64,000 nucleotides of DNA from Fidelibacterota bacterium (GTDB taxonomy: Bacteria > Fidelibacterota > Fidelibacteria > Fidelibacterales > DSDE01), in contig JBJKQR010000001.1 in the NCBI GenBank assembly GCA_046735395.1, positions 59,398-123,397 of the forward strand, written 5' to 3'. Of this stretch, positions 47,656 to 57,185 are shown piece after piece (position 1 is the first letter of the stretch; every line of letters begins with the position of its first letter). A program made the translations under genes and the position numbers. Below the pieces are notes generated by a model. It did not search any database and was not told where the DNA came from. It saw only the letters and a program-made list of their open reading frames with translations.

Positions 47656-47702
47656 TTGACAGACCATCGAAAATTTTTTAACATAATATGTCATACATCT
47701 TA
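47656..47702 (+). promoter_or_regulatory. promoter of the TonB-receptor locus with an overlapping GntR/FadR-like operator
   Basis: TTGACA-N17-TAACAT followed by the imperfect palindrome TAAtATGT-CAT-ACATcTTA (47684-47702). Confidence 0.6.
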
Positions 47703-47815
47703 CTAATTGCAGGGTGTTTTTGACCGGGGAAAAAATTGACAAATAAGCATAAAATACAATGATAGATGGCAAGCCGGGTTTCAGGGTTTTGCGGTCGAAG
47801 AGTCGGAGGATGCGT

Positions 47816-50689
47816 ATGAAATTTGCTTCAAAGGCAGGACTGATGGCGCTTGCCCTGCTGAGTATGGGATGGAATGCATTACTGGCCGGGAACAGCGGAA
47901 AGATTTCCGGTGTTGTGAGAGATGCCCGGACTCAGGAGGCGCTGGCCGGAGCGAATGTGGTTATCGCCAGCCGCTGGCAGGGAGACAGGCTGATTCCTCT
48001 GGATATTCCGCTGGGAGCCGCCACTGATCAGGACGGATCCTATTACATCCTGAATATTGATCCCGGTGACTATTCACTGGAAGTGACCTATATCGGCTAT
48101 ACAAAAAGCATCATAGAACGGGTGAGTGTCTTTGTGGATATGACCTCATTCATCGATGTGAACCTGCAGGTTTCAGCTCTGGAATCAGAAGCGGTTGTGG
48201 TGGAATCCCAACGCCGGAATACAGCGCAGAAGGATCTCACCGCCACGAAGCAGGTTTACCAGATCAGTGAGGTGCAATCCATCGCCGGCGTGAATGATAT
48301 CGGGGATATTATCGGCCTGCAGGCGGATGTGGTGGATAACCATTTCCGGGGTGGGCGCGAAGGCGAGAGTCAGTACATTCTGGGCGGCGGAACCATTGTC
48401 AACCCCCTGTCAAATTCAAAAGCCTTTTCACCGATCGTAACCGGTCTGGAACAGGTGGAAGTCTATACATCCGGATTTTCCGCCGAATATGGAAATGCCC
48501 AGTCCGGCGTGATCAACATGGTGACCCGGGAAGGGCGGAGCACCTGGGAATCCCGTGCCGAACTATCCTATACAGCTCCCTACTATAAAACCTGGCTGGA
48601 AGTTCCAGACGGAGACAGCAGCAAGTCTGTCGTCCCCGGCAGCCCCTATGACATGCGGTCTTTTGATTATTATACGCTTCTGTCCGATACCTCAGAATGG
48701 CTGAAGGATAATCCGCAGAATCCTGGACGCGCGCTTTATGATCTGGGCTATGGATTCGGGCCGGGTTACCTGCCGGCACGAACCGTCTGGCCGCCCAATC
48801 CCCTCACTTATGCAGATTCCATACAGCTTGCCCGCCTCGGGCAGCTTTCCTGGTACGAGAGCAAACGGCTCATGGGACTGGACAGGAAAGCCGGCCTGGA
48901 CAACCGCATTGATTTCAGTACAGGCGGGCCGCTGACAGATGCCACCAATCTATTTCTGGCAGGCAGGCAGACGACAAATTATTCGGCCTATCCCATCGCG
49001 AACCCGGACATTGAACGGCAGATCATGGGTTCCCTTGTTTTCCATCCCGATAATGCAAACAAACTCAAGTTTTCCGGTATTTACGATGTGAATACCGAAA
49101 CCTATTTTTCCTCCTCCTGGCAGCAGTGGCTCTTTGATCCCATCATGGCCACCTCGCAGAGAAGAACAGTTTCCAGCCAGTACGGTCTGGAATGGAAACG
49201 GGTTATCAGCCGCGATACCTATGCAAACCTGAAGGCGAATCTGCTCAATATTGCCTACGATGAATTCATTCCCCTGCTCCAGACCGGGGATTTCGCCATG
49301 GATTATCTGAAAATGAGCAACTGGGTGGACTATACCGGCCCGGCCAATATGCGCGCGGGACGCATGATCGATGATAACGGATCCGAAAACACCAGCACTT
49401 ACAGTGTGGCGGGAGATATTGCTTCCCAGGTGAACCGCTGGAATCTGCTCAAGGGCGGCGCCCAGTTCTATTATTATAATCTGAATGTGAATCGTCTGTA
49501 CAACCGCTATGGTGAAGCGGATATCCGCATCCTGGATTTCAAGGTCCATCCCTATGAAGGGGCTCTGTTTCTTCAGGATAAAATGGAATTCGAAGGCATG
49601 ATTGCCAATGTGGGGCTGCGGGAGGATATCTATCAGCTGAATTATGATTATTATGCCGATATCTACTCGCCGCTGAGAAATCCCGATTCACTGGCTCACA
49701 CGAAGACATATACGAAACTTCAACCCCGGCTGGGAATTTCTTTTCCCGTGAATGAAACCACAGTCCTTCATCTCAATTACGGAACCTTCACTCAGCGTCC
49801 CAGTTTCAATCAGATTTTTTATAATCAGGTCAATGTCAAGGGTGAGATTGCCATTCTCGGTAATCCGCGTCTGCGCCCGGAGGAGACCAATGCGTATGAT
49901 ATCGGGCTGGTCAAAGGGATTCCCTTCCTCGACCTCAGCCTGGATGTGAGCGCCTATTACAAGGATGTGAAGAACCTGGTGGAAACCGCCTTTTATTATG
50001 ATGATCAGCAGATTGGTTACCAGACATATGTCAATCGGGATTATGCCGATATCAAAGGCTTCCACATCAACCTGGAAAAAAATTACGGCAATCTGAAGGC
50101 CTATATCCGCTATAACTGGGAATCGGCGACAGGAAAAAGTTCCAACGCGCTCGATGCACCGGTGACATATTTTGAAAAAGCCGATCCCCACTACGGAATG
50201 GTTAAACTTCCCGATCCTCAGGATGTCTATCTTAATTATGACCGGACACACAAGATTGTCATGAATGTCCGTTACAAGACACCGGGAAAATTCGGTTTCC
50301 ACATGGGACGCATCTATCCGCTGCAGCGTTTTCAGATGTCGGTGACCTATCGCTATTACAGCGGCAGACCCTACACGGATCCGTCCACCGGACTGCTCTA
50401 TTCCATGCGCACCCCGGAGGAAACAGATCTTCGCCTGAGAATTGAAAAGGATATCAGAGTAGGGGAGACCACCCTCACTTTTTACACTGAGGGCTTCAAC
50501 CTGCTGAACCGCTATAACTGGAATTACAGCCGTACCTTCAGCAATTCCTATAATACGCCCAGATGGAGAACGGATCCTCAGGATCTGTTGACCTACGAAC
50601 TCTATTCGCCCTATGTCACGTCTCAGGAAATTTATCTGTTGACCAATGATCCGCAGCACTGGCGTTTCGGCCTGATCGTGAAACTGTAG
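47816..50689 (+). CDS. TonB-dependent receptor with N-terminal carboxypeptidase-regulatory-like domain
   Basis: GKISGVVRD...LAGANV, HFRGGR, GFSAEYGNAQSGVIN plug, PRLGISFP, GNPRLRPE, YYKDV and C-terminal RFGLIVKL; GGAGG RBS favours ATG 47816. Confidence 0.93.
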   Translation: MKFASKAGLMALALLSMGWNALLAGNSGKISGVVRDARTQEALAGANVVIASRWQGDRLIPLDIPLGAATDQDGSYYILNIDPGDYSLEVTYIGYTKSIIERVSVFVDMTSFIDVNLQVSALESEAVVVESQRRNTAQKDLTATKQVYQISEVQSIAGVNDIGDIIGLQADVVDNHFRGGREGESQYILGGGTIVNPLSNSKAFSPIVTGLEQVEVYTSGFSAEYGNAQSGVINMVTREGRSTWESRAELSYTAPYYKTWLEVPDGDSSKSVVPGSPYDMRSFDYYTLLSDTSEWLKDNPQNPGRALYDLGYGFGPGYLPARTVWPPNPLTYADSIQLARLGQLSWYESKRLMGLDRKAGLDNRIDFSTGGPLTDATNLFLAGRQTTNYSAYPIANPDIERQIMGSLVFHPDNANKLKFSGIYDVNTETYFSSSWQQWLFDPIMATSQRRTVSSQYGLEWKRVISRDTYANLKANLLNIAYDEFIPLLQTGDFAMDYLKMSNWVDYTGPANMRAGRMIDDNGSENTSTYSVAGDIASQVNRWNLLKGGAQFYYYNLNVNRLYNRYGEADIRILDFKVHPYEGALFLQDKMEFEGMIANVGLREDIYQLNYDYYADIYSPLRNPDSLAHTKTYTKLQPRLGISFPVNETTVLHLNYGTFTQRPSFNQIFYNQVNVKGEIAILGNPRLRPEETNAYDIGLVKGIPFLDLSLDVSAYYKDVKNLVETAFYYDDQQIGYQTYVNRDYADIKGFHINLEKNYGNLKAYIRYNWESATGKSSNALDAPVTYFEKADPHYGMVKLPDPQDVYLNYDRTHKIVMNVRYKTPGKFGFHMGRIYPLQRFQMSVTYRYYSGRPYTDPSTGLLYSMRTPEETDLRLRIEKDIRVGETTLTFYTEGFNLLNRYNWNYSRTFSNSYNTPRWRTDPQDLLTYELYSPYVTSQEIYLLTNDPQHWRFGLIVKL

Positions 50690-50762
50690 GCCAGCCATGA
50701 AATCAGAAAAAATCACAGAATTTGAAAGAAAAGAACTCCGCAGAGAATATACGGGAGAATCT

Positions 50763-53117
50763 ATGCTGAAAAAGTCCTTAATGATAAAAACAGGCCTTGG
50801 TATCCTTGTGCTGGCAGCCATGCTTAGCGCTCAGATCCGGGAATACCAGATTCACGAGCGGGGTATGCTCCACGAAACGGAATTCAATACAGGCGAGATC
50901 GGCCGGGCCTGGCAGACCGGTACATCCGGAAATAAAACCTCCGTTCCGCTTATGGAATGGCCGCCCTATTCAAAGACGGTCATCGACGGCCTGGAGTACG
51001 ACGGGCAACACAATATCCTCGGTGCCGGATTTTATATCGGCGCAAACAAGGAAGGCGAACCCGGTGAGGAAAACCGCATATTCGGCCTTTGCGGCGCGAT
51101 CGGCGCGGGAACACCGGAACTCAGTATCGGCGTTTATTCCTTTCCGCTTTACATGGAGAGAACAGAAAATTACCCCTTGCTGCCGGACGGATCTCTCAAT
51201 CCCGAATATGATCCGGATGAAGCCGAAGAGATCATCCGCACATCCTGGGCAACGCCGACGGGCATTACCATCACCCGGACATCGCGTGCCTGGTCCTATC
51301 CGGATTATGATGATATGATCATATATGAGTACGAGATGGAATATACGGGTGACACCGACGGCAATCCCTCCACCATCGAAATGACCGACAACCTGAGAGA
51401 TGTGATGTTTGCCGCGAATTACGGCTTCGCGCCATCCATGTTCGGCTTTCAGAGATATTATCTGGAGTGGAAGTATGACGGGGGTATTTACCGGGGCGAT
51501 CTGAATAATTTCTGGGATTCGGACTGGTGGCTGACCTTCAATATGAACCTGCGGAATGATCTGACTGATGGAAGCGGCGCAGGAAAACCGGAACAGGATC
51601 CGGACAAGTTCCTTGACTTTGCCAGAACAGGAAAACATGGCGGAGCGCTCGAATCGCCGCAGGCTCCCGGGTACTGTATTCTCTATTATGATACCACGCA
51701 CCTGGCGCAGGTGATTCCAGCGGAATTTGATACGGACGGACGGAATGAATCGGAAGCCCAGAAGATACTGAAGACCAATACGGTGCAGAGTCTGACCGAT
51801 TATGAAGGCATTGATGTGTATCATCAGAATTTGGACGGCACGATAAAATGGTATATAGAGCTGGACAAGAATTATCACATTCGCCAGCCCTGGTCCAACA
51901 AAGTTTCCACCGGAAATGTAAATTCCATCAAGATCAAGTATGAAAAGGATCCCATCAACCCGTCTACGCGCTGGTCCGGGGTTTATACACCCGGTTCCAC
52001 AACCTGGCCCGAACTGAAGGGCGACAAGTGGATCGGCCGGGCGGCCTATCCCTATCGGCAGAGTGCGGATGCGGGAATGAAGCACCACACCTTCGGCCCA
52101 TATTCAATGAAGCTGGGTGATAAGATACATTTCTCCATGGCGGAAGTTGTGGGCTACGGAGCCCAGCCGGGCAAGCGCATCGAAGGCGGGCAGGTCGCGA
52201 CACAGTGGGCGGCCACGCCATCCTGGAACCGGTCCTATACCGTAGCTGGAGAGAAAATGTGCGACAAGTATATTGACGAATTCGGATATCCCGATTATGT
52301 TAATTCCGATTCCATCATCACTGTGACCGATGTGGCCCGGAAAGCCTTTGAAATGTATGCCGGCAAAAAAGTGGCGGCCCCGGTCTGGCCTGAAGACATG
52401 AATGCACATGGTGTTTACCAGGTACCCGTGCCGTATCCCGCTCCCGTAATACATGTGGAAAACGTGAAAGGAGCGAAGGTGAAGCTGACCTGGAGCCGGG
52501 CGGTGGAAAGTTTTGAACATCCGCGGCTCATGGGAAATCTGAAGGAATTCTATGTCATGGTATCGGAGTCCGGTATGGGGCCCTGGCTGACCCTGGATTC
52601 CATCGCCGTCGGCAGCAGCCTCAATTCAGATGATATGTACGAATACATTGACGACGGATTCTACAATGGTGACAGTATCATGGATTTTTCTGTCGGGGAA
52701 TACCGTTACTATTCGGTGGTCTCCGTCGATGATACGCGGCACATGAGCGGCAAGACCAACATTACCCGCTGGAAAAAAGACATAGCCCCGGTACTTAAAC
52801 TCGGAAAGGTTTACGTCGTACCCAATCCCTACCGGGCTGACAGAGCCGGATTTCAGGGGGAGGATGAGGGCAAAATCGGCTTCTTCGGCCTGCCGGTTCA
52901 GTGCACGATTTATATATACAGCTATTCCGGACAGCTGGTGAAGACCATTCACCATCCGCAGCCGACAAAAACTGCGGACGAGGCTCCGGATGGTTATTCC
53001 AGCCTGACCTATCAGACGACGAGAGTGGGGCAGGAGATGGCATCCGGTCTTTACTTCTTCGTGGTGAAGGCGCCGGACGGCACAACATCCAACGGTAAAT
53101 TCGTAATTCTGAAGTGA
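50763..53117 (+). CDS. large exported protein with FN3-like domain and non-canonical T9SS/FlgD-like C-terminal domain
   Basis: Signal peptide; VKLTWS...YYSVVSVD FN3-like segment; CTD VYVVPNPY...GLPVQCTIYIYSYSGQLVKTI...ASGLYFFVV...GKFVILK; ORF-track start 50697. Confidence 0.75.
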   Translation: MLKKSLMIKTGLGILVLAAMLSAQIREYQIHERGMLHETEFNTGEIGRAWQTGTSGNKTSVPLMEWPPYSKTVIDGLEYDGQHNILGAGFYIGANKEGEPGEENRIFGLCGAIGAGTPELSIGVYSFPLYMERTENYPLLPDGSLNPEYDPDEAEEIIRTSWATPTGITITRTSRAWSYPDYDDMIIYEYEMEYTGDTDGNPSTIEMTDNLRDVMFAANYGFAPSMFGFQRYYLEWKYDGGIYRGDLNNFWDSDWWLTFNMNLRNDLTDGSGAGKPEQDPDKFLDFARTGKHGGALESPQAPGYCILYYDTTHLAQVIPAEFDTDGRNESEAQKILKTNTVQSLTDYEGIDVYHQNLDGTIKWYIELDKNYHIRQPWSNKVSTGNVNSIKIKYEKDPINPSTRWSGVYTPGSTTWPELKGDKWIGRAAYPYRQSADAGMKHHTFGPYSMKLGDKIHFSMAEVVGYGAQPGKRIEGGQVATQWAATPSWNRSYTVAGEKMCDKYIDEFGYPDYVNSDSIITVTDVARKAFEMYAGKKVAAPVWPEDMNAHGVYQVPVPYPAPVIHVENVKGAKVKLTWSRAVESFEHPRLMGNLKEFYVMVSESGMGPWLTLDSIAVGSSLNSDDMYEYIDDGFYNGDSIMDFSVGEYRYYSVVSVDDTRHMSGKTNITRWKKDIAPVLKLGKVYVVPNPYRADRAGFQGEDEGKIGFFGLPVQCTIYIYSYSGQLVKTIHHPQPTKTADEAPDGYSSLTYQTTRVGQEMASGLYFFVVKAPDGTTSNGKFVILK

Positions 53118-53128
53118 GGGAGGCAGGA

Positions 53129-54109
53129 ATGAAAAAAATATCTACCATACTGATTCTGTTTAGCTTCCTTGGCTTCACGCAGAACTTATTCAGTTTCGAA
53201 AAAGTGGCGGTGACCTCCTTTCAGTTCCTGTCTGTGTCGCCCCTGGCACGGGAAATGGCGCTGGGCGGAGCCTTTACCGCTCTCCCGGCTACGTCATCTC
53301 CCTATTTCAGCAATCCGGCAAATATCCTGTCCGACAAAGGGTTCAGCACCTTTGCCAGTCAGACGGATTATCTCTTTGATACCCAGCATTTCGCCGTTTC
53401 CCTGTCATGGACTCTGACCAAGGGAATTGCCATCAATGCCGGCCTGCTGACCGCTGATTACGGAAGCATGGAGGTGACTGATCTGGATCATCAGGGCTTT
53501 CGTGCTGATGAATCCTTCAATCCCGGACTTACCGGTGAAGTGCTGTCCATGGGAGCTTATACGGCAGGGGCCGGATTTTCCCAGGTCCTGACCGATAAAT
53601 TCAGCTATGGACTCATTGCCAAGGTTATGGAGGAAAATTTTCAGGTTCTGAAAAAGAAAAGCTTTGCCTTTGATCTGGGGCTGCTCTATAAAACGCGCTT
53701 CAAGACGATTCAGCTGGGCGCGGTTCTGAAAAATTTCGGGCCGCAGATATCCTTTATAGACAGCAGTGACAGAAGTTATCCCATGCCCCAGACCATGACC
53801 ATCGGCCTTTCCGGCTACCTTATCGGAAATGAGGATGGCCTTCTGGGAAGCAGTCGTACTCACAGTCTGCTGGTCTCCGCTGATCTGGTACAGCCCCGTG
53901 ATTATGATCAGCAGTACAACATCGGAATGGAATACGCGTTCCGTAATTTCCTGTTTCTGCGAGGCGGATACCGGCTGAACTATGATACGGAAGGCCTTAC
54001 CCTGGGAGCCGGGTTTTCCTGGAAATCCACGAGTTTTGACTACAGTTACAATGAATACGGACCCATTCTGCCATCCGTTCACCGTTTTGCCATAAGTTTA
54101 AGGTATTGA
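53129..54109 (+). CDS. PorV/PorQ-family outer membrane beta-barrel
   Basis: FQFL.VSP.AREMALGGA, NPA, FDLGLLY, LKNFG, GMEY, LRGGY, GLTLGAG and HRFAISLRY. Confidence 0.85.
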   Translation: MKKISTILILFSFLGFTQNLFSFEKVAVTSFQFLSVSPLAREMALGGAFTALPATSSPYFSNPANILSDKGFSTFASQTDYLFDTQHFAVSLSWTLTKGIAINAGLLTADYGSMEVTDLDHQGFRADESFNPGLTGEVLSMGAYTAGAGFSQVLTDKFSYGLIAKVMEENFQVLKKKSFAFDLGLLYKTRFKTIQLGAVLKNFGPQISFIDSSDRSYPMPQTMTIGLSGYLIGNEDGLLGSSRTHSLLVSADLVQPRDYDQQYNIGMEYAFRNFLFLRGGYRLNYDTEGLTLGAGFSWKSTSFDYSYNEYGPILPSVHRFAISLRY

Positions 54110-54116
54110 GGCTGCT

Positions 54117-55616
54117 ATGAAATCACATTATATACGAATCATTGCTGCGGGAATTGTGTTTCTCGCTTCATCTGTCCTGGCTCAGAACCAGGGAAACGAT
54201 CTGGAATTTCAGGGACTTGAGCATCTGGATGTGGCGACAGCCCGGACAGCGGCCCTGCCCGCCTCCGAATTCGCGTCTCCCGACGCAGGCCAGGCCCTCT
54301 TCTCAAATCCTGCCGGCCTCTCCTCTGTAAATTCCCTGTCCCTGAGCTTTTCGTATGGGAATACGTCCCAGACCTGGTGGGAAAATCAGGAATACAGGCC
54401 AAACCGGCTTTTCGTCACGCTGCCCTTCTATTTTGAGGGTCAGTATGTTCCGGATCCTGCCCATAACGGCATGCTCGACTCGGATGTGTTTTACGAGGGC
54501 CTGCTGGATACGTCCTATCAGGTGGCCGAACCGGATCTGGGCCTGGATCCCTATTCCCGTGACGCATCGGACTGGGTAAAGGAACACCGGCTATCCGGCC
54601 TTACTGACTTCTCGCTTGCCCTGCCGCTCGGGAACAAATTTGTTCTGTCGGGTGGCTATGCCACGCATCAGCTGGCCCCGTCCTATGACCGGAACCGTAC
54701 CTGGCAGTCGCCGCATCTCGGCTATAAGGCCTACGGTATGCCTGCAATGACTGACGGTATTGATACCATTCGGGTTGACGTGTTTGATTTTCAGAGATTT
54801 TCAAACCTCATCATGGATGAATATGCTGTGGCGGTTGCCGGAAAACTGGGAAGCCATTTGTCACTCGGTCTCGGTTATTCTCTCTACAGCGGAAAAAGCA
54901 CGGATTATGAGCTGCTGAATAAATTCGGGATTTTCAATCTCATTGATCAGAATGATTTCACCTTCACCTATGATACGCTGAACATTGCCTATCGGGGAAG
55001 CTCCGACTGGTCCGGCTCTCAGCTGCGGCTGTCTCTCGGCCTGGATTACGAACGCTTCGGCCTGTCCCTAGCCCTGGCAGGCGGCGGAACCATGACCCGG
55101 AAGTGGAAGTATGATTACAGCGTGGAGGACACAAGCGGGATCACGGTTTCCAATGTATCCGGAAGCGTGAGTATGGCAGTACCGAACAGTATTGCCGTGG
55201 GAATGGTTTTCCGGCCTCATGAAAATCTGAACATTCAGCTGGCCTTTCAGTCCAAACGCTATGAATCGACAGCTCCCGTCACCATACAGACCGATACCAT
55301 TGCCACCGCGTGGACAAATCAGTCCATTATGAGTTTCGGAGCCGAGTACAGGATGTTTTCCGCATTGAAACTCAGAGCAGGATATCGGTCCGAGCCTCAG
55401 GTTTTTATTCCTGATGGCGCTGCTGTCAAGGATGCGGGCCCCGTCGCGACGGCTTATAGTCTCGGTGTAGGTCTGGAACTGGGGCATTTCGGAACTTTTG
55501 ATCTGTCCTGGCAGCGATCCGATCTGAAGTTTGCCGATATCTATTCCACGAATACGAATTATACCCGCCGGCAGACCGAACGGATTATGGTCGGGTATCA
55601 ATTCAAACTGAATTAG
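54117..55616 (+). CDS. FadL/TodX/PorV-like outer membrane beta-barrel
   Basis: Signal peptide, AR...NPAGL hatch motif, FGAEY, LRAGY, amphipathic strands and terminal VGYQFKLN. Confidence 0.7.
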   Translation: MKSHYIRIIAAGIVFLASSVLAQNQGNDLEFQGLEHLDVATARTAALPASEFASPDAGQALFSNPAGLSSVNSLSLSFSYGNTSQTWWENQEYRPNRLFVTLPFYFEGQYVPDPAHNGMLDSDVFYEGLLDTSYQVAEPDLGLDPYSRDASDWVKEHRLSGLTDFSLALPLGNKFVLSGGYATHQLAPSYDRNRTWQSPHLGYKAYGMPAMTDGIDTIRVDVFDFQRFSNLIMDEYAVAVAGKLGSHLSLGLGYSLYSGKSTDYELLNKFGIFNLIDQNDFTFTYDTLNIAYRGSSDWSGSQLRLSLGLDYERFGLSLALAGGGTMTRKWKYDYSVEDTSGITVSNVSGSVSMAVPNSIAVGMVFRPHENLNIQLAFQSKRYESTAPVTIQTDTIATAWTNQSIMSFGAEYRMFSALKLRAGYRSEPQVFIPDGAAVKDAGPVATAYSLGVGLELGHFGTFDLSWQRSDLKFADIYSTNTNYTRRQTERIMVGYQFKLN

Positions 55617-55633
55617 TTATTAAGGAGGTATGC

Positions 55634-57166
55634 ATGAAAAAACTGGCTATCGTGTTTTCCCTGATGCTGTCCGTTTCCCTCTATGCGCAGGCACCCACGC
55701 TTATTGAGGTTTCTGCAGAAAACTGGGAAGCGTATTTTCAGGGAGATTTTAAGAATGTTCTCAATTATACTGCTCCGGCACCTGTAGGTCTGGGTGTGGA
55801 CACACTGCTGCTGACCAGCAGCGGATTCAATTACACAACTAAGGATACGCTTCCGCTGATGATCAAGTATCCGGTCGTGATCATGGCTGCTCCCGGGCTG
55901 GCCGAAAAACCCATTTTCTCGGTTCCGAATACGGGTTTTCTGGATGGTACATCCAGCTCCTCCATGGAGATCTTCCGGATCATGAATACGGTGGAATTCC
56001 ATGGCGTGGCTTTCATGGGCAATCTGAACAATGACCAGACCGGCAGCAAGTACGGACTTCGTTTCGGCGACTGGACGGACAAGGTTTCGGGCGTGACGAC
56101 GAAAGTCAAAAAAGGCTCAAATATCATTCTCGACGACTGTGATTTCATCAATTTTCATTCGGCCGGCGATCCGGATGCGCAGGGAAACGCATTGTATTTT
56201 ATGCGTGATGACCTGTTTCTGAATGAGGATTATCTGAGAGCCGGAACGGTCCGCATCGAAAACTGCCTTTTCAAGGATGTCGGAGATGAGGCAATCCGGA
56301 TTGCTGAAAACCAGAAATACGGAACGGATCTGACCGTCGGGACGAATGCTTTTGACACGCTCATCGTCCGGAATACAACCTTTGACGACATTGATGCCGA
56401 ATGTATCCGTTTTTATGGTGACAAGGATACATCCCATGCCGGACCCACTTTCGAGGATGGCTTTGCCCTCATTGAACACTGTACATCCGTGAACAGTTCG
56501 CCCCGCTTTCTGTACGGACAGAACTATCGCCGTACAATCGTCCGTGACATTCTCATCGCCAACGGACGTCCGGCAGGCCCTGCACGCGGTGATCGAAATG
56601 ACTATGCCATTCAGGCTCAGCTTTCCGGCTCTGAGGTGTCTCATATTGATACCTTCAGCCTCGTGTTTCCTAGCTATTATTCCCCCCGCATCGGCTGTAC
56701 AAAAGGCGGTGACGTGGATGAGGCAACGGTCTACGCCTACGATCCCGGATTCACGGATGCGGCGAACGGTGATTATACGCTGCTGTCCTCGTCTCCTCTT
56801 TATCACCTGAGTTCGGACGGCACAGCCATCGGCGATCTGCGCTGGGCCACCAATACACCCGATCCCTGGGTAAACGGAGTTAAATCAGATCGCAGTATTC
56901 CGGATATGTTCATGCTGAAACAGAATTATCCCAATCCTTTCAATCCTCTCACTACGATTTCCTTCACACTGAACCGTGCTGATTTCACAACGCTTACACT
57001 CTATGACCTTCTCGGTAACAGAATTGCGACCGAAGTGAACCGTTTCATGGAGGCCGGAAGCCATTCTGTCACGATTGACGCATCTCTCTTACCGAGCGGA
57101 GTGTATTTCTACGAGCTCCGGCAGGGCGCCATGCATGACATGAAAAAAATGATTTTGATGAAATAG
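55634..57166 (+). CDS. secreted right-handed beta-helix protein with T9SS type-A CTD
   Basis: IENCLF / VRNTTF / IEHCT coils; DPGFTDAANGDY...IGDLRW cap (DUF5123-like); CTD LKQNYPNPFNP...SGVYFY...KKMILMK. Confidence 0.8.
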   Translation: MKKLAIVFSLMLSVSLYAQAPTLIEVSAENWEAYFQGDFKNVLNYTAPAPVGLGVDTLLLTSSGFNYTTKDTLPLMIKYPVVIMAAPGLAEKPIFSVPNTGFLDGTSSSSMEIFRIMNTVEFHGVAFMGNLNNDQTGSKYGLRFGDWTDKVSGVTTKVKKGSNIILDDCDFINFHSAGDPDAQGNALYFMRDDLFLNEDYLRAGTVRIENCLFKDVGDEAIRIAENQKYGTDLTVGTNAFDTLIVRNTTFDDIDAECIRFYGDKDTSHAGPTFEDGFALIEHCTSVNSSPRFLYGQNYRRTIVRDILIANGRPAGPARGDRNDYAIQAQLSGSEVSHIDTFSLVFPSYYSPRIGCTKGGDVDEATVYAYDPGFTDAANGDYTLLSSSPLYHLSSDGTAIGDLRWATNTPDPWVNGVKSDRSIPDMFMLKQNYPNPFNPLTTISFTLNRADFTTLTLYDLLGNRIATEVNRFMEAGSHSVTIDASLLPSGVYFYELRQGAMHDMKKMILMK

Positions 57167-57185
57167 CTAACACAAAGGAGAAATC

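Noticed and set aside
47676..47703. dif-like site: TTTTAACATAA matches the XerD arm (10/11)
   Set aside because: The XerC-side arm (ATACATCTTAC) lacks the conserved TTAT. The sequence is better explained as a -10 box plus operator.
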